Assembly (NCBI GenBank): GCA_051362555.1
Contig: CM120649.1
Span: 13,330,001 to 13,394,000, forward strand
Length of the DNA: 64,000 nt
From: Lingula anatina
Taxonomy: Eukaryota; Animalia; Brachiopoda
Reading direction: 5' to 3'
Shown in pieces: positions 41,846 to 51,776 of this stretch (its first letter is position 1; the number at the start of each line of letters is the position of its first letter). Under the pieces are notes generated by a model. That model saw nothing but the letters and a program-made list of their open reading frames with translations, ran no database searches and had not been told where the DNA came from. The position numbers and the translations under genes were made by a program.

Positions 41846-42084
41846 AATTGGGCTCCCATACTTAGATCGATTCATCTGGATCGACCTAACTCCCTGGGGA
41901 TTCACGCTAAATTGCTCAAGGGGTGTAAATGTCTGTCAGCCCTACCGAATCAACTAGGATAAAGATAATTACCCCATAACAGCTTTACTAGGCGTGACAG
42001 TCATTTAAGCCAGTTAAGTTCATCGCAATTTATTGAGACTCCCAAGGGAGATAGATCAATCCAAATATTTGTGGGAATGGTCCC
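41846..42084. mobile_element. Harbinger-like MITE, family copy B (inverted), in the promoter of precursor copy 1
   Basis: Reverse-complement match to the 20656 and 60449 elements (GATCGACCTAACTCCCTGGGG...TGAGACTCCC...GTGGGAATG); absent from the homologous promoter of copy 3 (about 47540-47560). Confidence 0.75.
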
Positions 42085-42229
42085 ATTGACACATCCCCGA
42101 AAACGACGTGTAAACGTGCCTTTGTTATCATTATCATCCGTACTTGACCACTGGGAACCGTTGTGCCCCCTCTGGGGTTTATCCATGCGACCGGACAAAC
42201 TTTAGACGTAGTGTACATAACATTGCGGG

Positions 42230-44187
42230 ATGACGAACATGTATCTGGCATTGAGTGCGCTGTTATGTGGCGCGTTTTTCGAGGTAATGTAGAAAAAGGT
42301 AGGCCCTATTTTAGGCCTATCGATTAAATGTTTCATCGATTTTATACTGGGATAGTCCTTGGTCTCTGTTATCAAAATTCATCGGTGCTGTTTTTAACTG
42401 ATATAACAAATGCGGTTCATATTTTAATTCTAAAGTAGCGGAAGCATGATACTTCTCATCCTTTCCCCGTTACCCACTCTTTTTAAAGTAGGCCCTACGT
42501 GTCCCATTTGTACCTAATTGTGCGGGGCCAACGTGGCAGTGTTTCTTGGCACACGGACACAGCGTCAATTTTATAGCTTGCGCTATGTCCATGGTGATAT
42601 GTCTTTTATGTTCATAGACGGATCTGTTAAAGTGGCTTTGTTCCCCCCACCCTTACCCCTTGATTTACATGTACTGTACATCTGACAACTTTTGTGGCGT
42701 TATTGCCGCAGTTTTATCCGATTATCCGTTTTCCGTAATCTTCCATGTATTTTTTATTTGTTTATTTATCTATTTTATTTATTATGCCAAAAACGGCAAT
42801 CTACTTGACTGCATTCACCTCCATTTTTAGCTGGTAACGGAGACCGCAGCGCTGCCTCCCACGTTAGCACCAACTGATCCTCCTCTTCCGTGTCTACCTT
42901 TCTGTGCGTCCAGGGACCCAACAATGGCTCCACCCACACCACCCACGACTACACCCTTCTGGTGGAATTGCCGTTTTCCTGACCAATCGAGACCTTGGGA
43001 ACACTGCCCCAGTGGGAACTGTGTCGGACCAGGACTGAGGTACGTATGCACGTAATCGTCAGCCTCCCCCCTCTGCCCCCATCAACAATGATCGTTGCTC
43101 ATTCAACGGAATTTTTTTTTTTTTTCAATGCATTCAGTATTGTTGAACAAACAAATTTTGACTCAATGGCTTAAAATTGTAACGACTTGTGTACATGTAC
43201 AAAGTGAAAATTAAAAAATTAAAACCTAAAAGTTAAAAAGTATAGTACGGGACGATTAAAGCATGCCATTGCGCGTTCAACTTTTATACAGCAAAATATT
43301 TGTGCTGATAATCATAATAATTAAAGCTTTCCTAGAAATTTCTACAATTTCAGACAATGAGAAAAATTTATTAACCCTATTTTGAATACTTACATGTACA
43401 TTTAAGTGCTACTTTTTACCTTCACCAGCGAGTTACAGTCCCTCGATCTCTCTTCATTTTTGGTTATAGCCAAACCTTCGTAAGCATAAGAGAAAGGTGC
43501 TGCAATCTACAGTATAATCAAAATTTGGCGTAAAAAGGTCTAAAACTTATAGTGTGACTTAGGGAGCATTCACATCGAGAAGAGCCGAGGTCTAGTAAGG
43601 CCGCGACCTAAATATGGCGGACCTACATGAAAGGAAGACTAATCCTGTAGTGGTCTCTCCTCCTCTCACACGCCTCCCCACGAGTTGTCCCTCGACCGGT
43701 TGAATTGAGCCGAGATTTAATTACTGTGCCCCTGCAGGGATAATGCGTGAGGAGGTGTGTGAGACGCGGAGAGACTATTACAGGATTAGTGTTCTTCCTT
43801 TCATGTAGTTCCGCCATATTTAGGTCGCGGCCTTACTAGATCTCGGCTCTTCTAGATGTGAAAGGGACCTTAATATAATGGAGACCCGTCATCCTTTGAA
43901 TGCGTTGGAGGTGACTTATCAAGGTCATTCAATAGCATTAACCCGCATCTGTCACATCGGTCACATTATACGGACTTTCCATCTCTTTCTCCAGGTGCGT
44001 CGACACAGAGTCAGTCCTAATTCGTCCTCCCATTGAACCGACGCCGCCTCTTCCAACAAGGACAACCACGCCAGAGCCGACTACCCTCCCCGGTCCCATG
44101 CCGCCATTGCCTCCAAGCCGTGCCAGGAGGTGTTCTCCCTACCCACAGTGGTACCAGTGTGTCCCCGTAGAGCAGATTATAGGATAG
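42230..44187 (+). CDS. Secreted Pro/Thr- and Cys-rich putative peptide precursor, copy 1 (151 aa)
   Basis: Exons 42230-42283 (MTNMYLALSALLCGAFFE), 42831-43039 (LVTETAALPP...PFWWNCRFPDQSRPWEHCPSGNCVGPGLR), 43995-44187 (CVDTESV...PPSRARRCSPYPQWYQCVPVEQIIG*). GT-AG introns, phases 0 and 2, AATAAA at 44283. Confidence 0.85.
43562..43869. mobile_element. Foldback Harbinger/Tourist-like MITE in intron 2 of precursor copy 1
   Basis: About 125-bp inverted arms (TTCACATC...TCTAGTAAGGCCGCGACCTAAATATGGCGGA / TCCGCCATATTTAGGTCGCGGCCTTACTAGA...GATGTGAA); TTA on both flanks. Confidence 0.85.
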
Positions 44188-44884
44188 ACAGACTATGGAC
44201 TTGAGCCAGTGATAATCTTCTGGAGCATTTCTTGTTTGAATTAAAATCTGATTTTTTAAAATACATTGTACAATTGTATTACAATAAAGCGGATAAGTAC
44301 ATTTGGTAAGCGTTATTTGGTACTTTTTAGACAAATAAATAAAGACTCTTTGGCATGGAAGAATTCACTTTACTGCAATGGTCAAAGTGAAAGGGGTATT
44401 TATAGGAATACAGTCATTATAAGGTATCTGAGAATGCTTCTGCTCGGCATGGTATTACAATGCGCTCGTATGATGAACTGTACATTTCCTATAGCTATTA
44501 AAACAGTAAACAAGTACTAGTGCTACCTGTAAGACGACCATTTACGCAAGCCTCGCTTGGTTAGACGTGTATTCTGACATGCACTACACGGAAGGTCACA
44601 ACTGAAGATTTAAGGGAAGGCCAATAATCACTGATAACTTTAAAAACCGAACATATGGCGCGTGGTTTTAAAATGGTATTTACACAACTTGCCATGGATC
44701 AGTAGTGAACCAATGAGGGATACAAATAAAACATACATATTTTATATGCATTTTAAAGACCCGTGCCTCCACCAAACCTAATATGTGGAAATGAATTGAA
44801 ATAAAATGCAGTATAAAATTGATTTGTGTGGAATCTCGATATAACGTTACTTGATGATGAGCATCTACGAAGACGACGTCGACG

Positions 44885-44890
44885 TATAAA
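44885..44890 (+). promoter_or_regulatory. Putative TATA box of precursor copy 2
   Basis: GACGTATAAACG about 80 nt upstream of the ATG, at the same position as in copy 3. Confidence 0.55.
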
Positions 44891-44966
44891 CGTTCCCTTA
44901 TTATTATCATCCATTCCTGACAGCTGGTTTATTCATGTGAGTGACGGTCTTGACGTGTTACGTGAA

Positions 44967-46079
44967 ATGATGAACATGTATCTGGTATCGAGTGCGCTTT
45001 TATGTGGAATGTATTTCAAGGTAACGTAGAAATACGTATTTTTTTTTCTATTTTAACGTCTATGTTGGAAGAGTCGCAGGTCAGGTATATGTCACCAAAA
45101 TTTCTTAATGTCTTAGAAAAGATGAAGACAGCATTTACTCCACAGCACTGACCGCTATCATTATTTAGCAATCATCTTAACAACGTTTCTTGTAACACTG
45201 ACATTGCGTAATTAATTTGTTCCACGTCCATGTTGATTATTCTACTGTATGTTCTATGTTTCTTGACAGACGGATTGGGCAGTGCCTTTGCCCCCCCCCC
45301 CCCCTCCAAAAAAAAAAATGCATTTGACGACGGTGGTTGGGTTATTTCCAACAGATTTATCTCACCATCCTTTTTCCATAGGGTTTCTTTTTTAAGTCTC
45401 TTTATTACTAAATCTTGTTTCTATATGTTATCTTTTAAGAAGGGATCTAGTTGACAGCATTCACTTTCATTTTCAGTTGGTTACAGGAGCCGTAGTGCCA
45501 CCCTCAACGACTAGACCACCAACAACCACAACCACCACTACTACAACAACAACAACAACAACACAGTTCTGTTGTCTTTGCTACTTCCCTGACGGAACTC
45601 AACCTTGGGAATACTGCCCCAGTGGGAAATGTGTCGGAGAAGGACTGAGGTAAGCGGTCACGTGATCGTCACACCCCGCTCAACAATCACTCTTGCTCAT
45701 TTAACGGAATTTCACTAATATAACATATGCATTTTGTGCTACTTGATACTGCTTGGCACAGGCACACTTGGACTCATGAGACGATCGAGGTAAATACAAT
45801 ACTTAAGAACAATGTGAATACAATACTTAAATTATGCAAGATACCTTCACTGTTACTGTAACTGTTATGGTAAAGAGAGTTTCCTTTTCCCTCACCAGGT
45901 GCCTCAGCATGTATGGTAAGACGCCTCCACCAACAACGACTCTTTCGACAACGTCAACCACGCCATGGACGACTACCCTCCCCGGTCCCATGCCGCCATT
46001 GCCTTTAAGCCGTGGCAGGAGGTGTCAGCCGTATCCAAGGTGGTATCAGTGTGTCCCCATTGAGTACATCATAGGATAG
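44967..46079 (+). CDS. Secreted Pro/Thr- and Cys-rich putative peptide precursor, copy 2 (135 aa)
   Basis: Exons 44967-45020 (MMNMYLVSSALLCGMYFK), 45477-45649 (LVTGAVVPP-polyThr-QFCCLCYFPDGTQPWEYCPSGKCVGEGLR), 45899-46079 (CLSMYG...PLSRGRRCQPYPRWYQCVPIEYIIG*). TATAAA at 44885, AATAAA at 46170. Confidence 0.85.
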
Positions 46080-46275
46080 GCATCCAGGGACTTGAGACAA
46101 ATACGATCCTCGGGGGCACTGATATTTGAATGAATGGCTGATTTGTTAAATGAATGTGCATTGTATCACAATAAAGATAATATGTACATTTGCTAAGCGT
46201 TACTTCGTTTATTTGAAATTACACTGAGAATTTGACAGAAAAAAATCACTTTTTTTGCAACGATTTAGGTGAAAG

Positions 46276-46385
46276 CACCCTGAGCTTCAGAGATAACTTG
46301 ACACTAAGCTCTTCACTATAGCCTATCTTCATCGTGTCAAGTGAAGAGCTTCTATAGTGTCAAGTTATCTCTGAAGTTCAGGGTG
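46276..46385. mobile_element. 110-bp hairpin MITE with an 8-bp TSD
   Basis: TIR CACCCTGAGCTTCAGAGATAACTTGACACTA / TAGTGTCAAGTTATCTCTGAAGTTCAGGGTG; flanks GGTGAAAG and GGTGAAAA; empty site in the paralogous segment at about 49508. Confidence 0.85.
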
Positions 46386-47571
46386 GGTGAAAAGGGTAAC
46401 TGTAGAATTGCAGTCAATAAAATTAAGGTATGAATGAATACTACTGCTTTTCAGCATTGCACTACTGCTTGAGTGCTCATGTACGTTTCACATTAAAACA
46501 GTAACAAGTATTTTGTTGAAAGCAGTACATTTACACAAATCGTGCTGGGATATGAAGGTGCGTAAACTATTAGCTTTAATTCCATTAATATTCCAATAGG
46601 CAAATGAATAAAACATCAGTACTGTTTCATATAAATAATTAGGATGATAAGCAATTTGACAAGCACATATAAAAAGTAAGTTAGAAAGAATGAATAAATG
46701 AATAAGTAAGTAAATTTACTGTTACCAATTATTTTCATTCTGTCTTGCCGTACAATGTATGAATTCTTCAGCTCTCCTTGATACCGATATAACACCGCCC
46801 CTTGGACATAATTCGTTATTATGTCCAACACTGCCCAGAACCTGACAGCTGAGCACACGCTTAAAGGTATACTGTGATGAAAAAACGGGTTAAAACTATC
46901 CTTTAGGTGCCCAAAGTCTTCTGGGGCATTCTTGTTTGAATTAAAATCTGATTTGTTAAATACATTGTATAAATTGTATTGCAATAAAGCGGATACATTT
47001 GGTAAGCGTTATTTGGTCTTTTTTAGACAAATAAATCAAGACTCTCTGGCATGGAAGAATTCACTTTACTGCAATGGTTAAAGAGAAAGGGGTATTTACC
47101 GGATTACAGTCATTATAAGGTATCTAAGAATGTTTCTGATCGTCATGGTATTACAATGAACACGTATGATGAACTGTAGGCCTACATTTACTATGTAAAC
47201 AGTAAACAAGTACTTCTAGTGCTCCCTGTAAGACGTACATTTACCCAAGCCTCGTTTGGTTAAACGTGTATTCTGACATACATTACAACGAATGTCACGA
47301 CTGAAGGTTCAAGAAAAGGCCAATAATTACTGATAACTTTAAAAACCGAACATATGGCGTATCGTTTTAAAGTGGCATTTACACAAGTTGCCATGAATCA
47401 ATGCCGGATAAAAAAATAACACAATATGTAATATTAACATATAAAGGACGTGTGCCTCCACCATGCATATCTAATAGGTGGAAAACAAATTTAAATATAC
47501 AGTATTAGTTTAAGTGGTACAGGCATCTTGTAATAACATTATTTGGCTGAAAGACATCCCTGAAGACGACG

Positions 47572-47577
47572 TATAAA
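47572..47577 (+). promoter_or_regulatory. Putative TATA box of precursor copy 3
   Basis: GACGTATAAACG about 100 nt upstream of the ATG; copy 1 has TGTAAA at the homologous site (42109). Confidence 0.55.
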
Positions 47578-47670
47578 CGTGCCTTTGTTATCATTGTCAT
47601 CCGTCCCTGACGACTGGTTTATCCATACGAGTAACGGTCTTTCAGACATTGATATACGTAACATTGCTTA

Positions 47671-49310
47671 ATGATGAACGTCTATCTGTTAGTGAGTGCG
47701 CTGTTGTGTGGCCTGTATTTCGAGGTAATGTAGAAATACGTATTTTATCGCTTTTGATAATGTTTTATCCATTTTATGCTGGAATAGTTCTTGGTCTCTG
47801 TCAACAAAATTTATGGGTGTTTTTCAATTGAAATATTATTGTGCGTTCAAGGACCAACGTGACAACGTTTCTTGACACTGGCGCTGCGTCAGTTTTTTAA
47901 ATTGCTCCATATCCAAGGTGATTTTAAGCCACACAGACGACGCGGCGTGATAGCGTTATCTTCCACTGTGTTCAACCAAGGGGGTAGATAGCTAGCCTTC
48001 CTTTATTATACAGCCGACCTTTTCAATTGACGTTATCCTTTCTATACGTGCCACACACTTCCAGGCATATATATCAATAACATGAGCTGACTCGGCAGGA
48101 ATAAAGGTTCCGTCACACCTAGCGTAAAGAGGTGCGTATGAGTAATGTAGAAGACGTCTATTATACGCACAAATTCGAGCGTATGGAATCACCGTTTCCA
48201 GCGTATAAGAATGAAGCAGCATATGGAATTGATTTTGAATATACTCAAACATTTTATTTCCGTCTGGGTATTCGAACGTACACCGACGTTTGTCTGCGGA
48301 CACGAGGCGAATACGATCTAAGGTCAGCGAATGGGCAAATACTTTTATGCTTTTGATCTACACGCTAGGTGTGACAGTGCCTTAACATGTCTTTACTTTC
48401 AGCTGGTCACGGGAACTGACGCGCCCTGGCCAATGCCAACGCCAAAGCCAACAACAACACCTTTCTGGTGGTATTGCAGATTCCCTGACGCAACTAAACC
48501 TTTCGAGCACTGTCGCAGTGGAAGATGTTCTGGATCAGGACTAAGGTATGCGGTCACGTGGTCATAATTCGTCACGTGTTCAGTGAGGAGTTTTCTGAGT
48601 TGGCCTACCGGTACACACCCGATGGGTTAAAATAAATTATTGAATTCTTAACTCAGCAACCAACCTTGTTCATTTGATGGGATACTTTACTTCATATTAC
48701 ATGATTGTTGACTAACGTTCCTCGTGGTTTTACTTAACACATAAATATAATTTCTCAGTAGATTATGTAGCATCGCGCTGCTTATTCATCTGATACCGTT
48801 TTGACAGGAATGGTTTTGCGCTAGGAGCCGTAATCCGTTCCGAATTGATTTGTAAAAGTGTTATAATTAACCTTATATTACGACTAGCCCTATAGCCTGT
48901 ACTGATCATATATGGGACCCTGGGCTTCCATCCTTGTACTTTATAGGACTGCTATTCCTGACGCGACGGCAAATTCCGAAAGCGACGGAGGGGAGCTATA
49001 AAGTCATCCACCTGTCACATAAGTCACTGTTCACGGATTCTTCTTCTCTTTTTGCAGGTGTGTCAACATACATTCAGTTGTAACCCGTCTTCCCATAGAG
49101 ACGAAGACGCCGACTGGACCGACAAGAACGCCACCGACAAGAACTCCACCGACAAGAACTCTATCGACAAGGTCGACCACGCCATGGACGACTAAACTTT
49201 ATGGTTATACGTCGACGCCATTGCCTCTATTCCGTGCTAAGAGGTGTACCCTTAGTACGTCGTTTCCATTGTGGTATCGGTGTGTCCCCGTTGAGTACAT
49301 CATAGGATAG
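47671..49310 (+). CDS. Secreted Pro/Thr- and Cys-rich putative peptide precursor, copy 3 (149 aa)
   Basis: Exons 47671-47724 (MMNVYLLVSALLCGLYFE), 48403-48545 (LVTGTDAPWP...PFWWYCRFPDATKPFEHCRSGRCSGSGLR), 49058-49310 (CVNIHSV...PLFRAKRCTLSTSFPLWYRCVPVEYIIG*). TATAAA at 47572, AATAAA at 49407. Confidence 0.85.
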
Positions 49311-51487
49311 GTACATGTATCCCGGGACTTGAGACAGATACGATCCTCTGGGGCATTTATCTTTGAATGAGTAGCTTATTTGTTAAATGAATGTGCATTG
49401 CATCACAATAAAGATAATATGTACATTTGCTTAGCGTTACTTCATTAATTTGAAATTGAACACTGAGACTTTGACAGGAAAAAATCACCTTTTTTGCAGC
49501 GATTTTGGGTGAAAGGGGTAGCTACAGTCACAAAAAGGTACGAATGAATACTGCTGCTTTTAAGCACGGTACTACTTGTGTGCTCATGTACATTTCCAAT
49601 TAAAACAGTGAACACGTATTTCCAGTGCTGAAAGAAATCTCGCAAATAGGCAAATGAATAAAACATCAATACTGTTTCATATAAATAATTAGGATGATAA
49701 GCAATTAAGAATGAATAAATGAATAAGTAAGTGAAATGAATAAGTAAGAAAGAATGAATAAATGAATGAATAAGTAAGTGAATTTACTGTTACCAATTAT
49801 TTTCATTCTTGTCTTGTCTTGTCGTACAATGTATGAATTCTTCAGCTCTCCTTGAAACCGATACAACACTGCCCGAACCTGACATGCGATGAGCACAAGC
49901 CCAAAGAAATTTTCAAACTCAGCTGTGACCGTAAACTCATCGTAAGGGGGCTTTAAGCCATCGCATGACAGTTGATGGAGTTTCTCAGGCTCCGATAGGA
50001 GAGAGAATATCCGTCCCCTTGCCTACCCCCCCCCCCCCTCTCGCAGACAAGGGGGATGGGAGATGTGATAAAGTGCACGTGTAAAAAGACATGTGTTGGA
50101 GTTCAATGTGAATATAATATCATTATAACTCAATTTACTGACGAGATGTGACAATGTTTACCTATTCTTCCTTCGGCAACGTATCCTATACTACGGCTGT
50201 GACTTACCAGAAGGTGAATAGATATATGATTAATAATGAAAGTAAAGCACTGACGATATATTAACGAAATATTCAGAAGGTCAAACCAGTAATTGATGTC
50301 AGAGGCGGATCACACCCGCCATTAGCACAAAGGCACATATAATAGGCGGAATATATCTAAACTGAGAAGTCAGACTGACTAACCTTCATTCGGAAACGCT
50401 CTGCAAGGATGTACTCTCTTTGTGTAGCGTTACTGGCACTGTTAAGTTCCCAAGTCGTGGCATACTGGCAAAATCGACCAAGACCGCCCTTGGTGAGTAT
50501 AAAGTTGTTCCTATCTTGGACCAAAGATCAGAATGAATTGCACCATTTTTAATACCTTCAAATGTTTGTGCCTTTCAAATAAATGTATGTTTTTAAAATA
50601 ATTTTAAGCAATTCTATTTACTTCCATAAAATCAAGCTGATAGGAAATAAGACAAAATGAGCACAGAAGGTGTTTTAGACCTATACACAATTTGTCAAGC
50701 AGATTATAATTAATAAATGAATGAAAAAATAAAAGTGAAAAAATTATTTGCCGTCTCCTCGAAGACATTTCAAGACATGTGTTTCATATCTTGCTTGAAC
50801 AATTTTTTTCTTCTAGTCTCCATTATACCCTGGGATACCACAAAATCATTACGAACACGTCTGGAATGTCTTAAATGTAATGTATTGCCATTAATTATGT
50901 AGTCACTCTAAACACAAATGTTTTGATTTATTAGTCATTAAATAAGGTAATTCGACTTCTTATCACCTAATTAGATTACTTATTTACTTGTACGTTGTAT
51001 CTTAAAATTATGCAGTGAATAACAGCTCTAGGGTAACGAAAGTGACAGAAGACGGTTCGCTTCCCCATTAACACCTTTATTTCTGCTAAAAATACCTTTT
51101 GAAAAAAAGGGAGGGGTCACCTGCCCCGTTGCATTTGCCCTCAACATGATTAAATATATAATCTAGTAACTTTCTATTGAACAATTTTATAACGTTCATT
51201 GTACCGATATGTGTACCTATTAATTCTTTTTCAGACGCAATTTTACGGAAGGGCACGGAACAATCAGCGCAAGAACACAAGGGAAGCCGTGAACGTAACA
51301 ATTTTTTCTGTTATGCTTGTCATGCCCGACCCTTTACGTATTCCTATTCCGTACTTCCTGTCGCGTATTCCCCATAAATTTGAAATGTAATTTTAAAACA
51401 AGCAAGCGTCTAGTTTAGCCGCATAAGCGCCTTCAGAGACAAATAGAAATCATACACCAGTTCGTGAAATAATTACAGATGAGCTAA

Positions 51488-51776
51488 TTTGCAGCAAATT
51501 TGTTGCAAATTTGCAAGAACTCAGAACTTGAATACTTTCTTGCAAACTGACTGCAAACTTGAGATGTTCTTGCAAATTTGCTGCTAGTTTTCCACAAATT
51601 TGCCAGAACAAAAATACTTTCTTGCAAACCTGCTGCAAACTTAAGTTGTTATTGTGAATTTGCTGCAAATTAGCAGCAAGACAAATTTTTTCTTGCAAAC
51701 TCCTACAAACTAGTTGCCGCAAACTTTTAGTTTGCAACAAATTTGCTGCAATTTTGCCGCAGTATTGCTGCAAACT
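51488..51776. repeat. Array of TTTGCWGCAAA / TTGCAA(A) quasi-palindromes
   Basis: Many interspersed TTTGCAGCAAA, TTTGCTGCAAA and CTTGCAAA motifs in both orientations over about 290 bp. Confidence 0.75.

Noticed and set aside
47928-48310. Possible transposon insertion and ORFs in intron 1 of precursor copy 3
   Set aside because: The segment is absent from the paralogs and has weak inverted similarity at its ends, but I could not fix TIRs or a TSD and the ORFs have no motifs.
50300-50492. CAGAGGCGGATC...GACCGCCCTTG as another CAG-type MITE
   Set aside because: Termini are degenerate and the flanks do not match.
51450-51773. 107-aa ORF with AANLQ/AANLL repeats
   Set aside because: Translation of the TTTGCWGCAAA repeat array.
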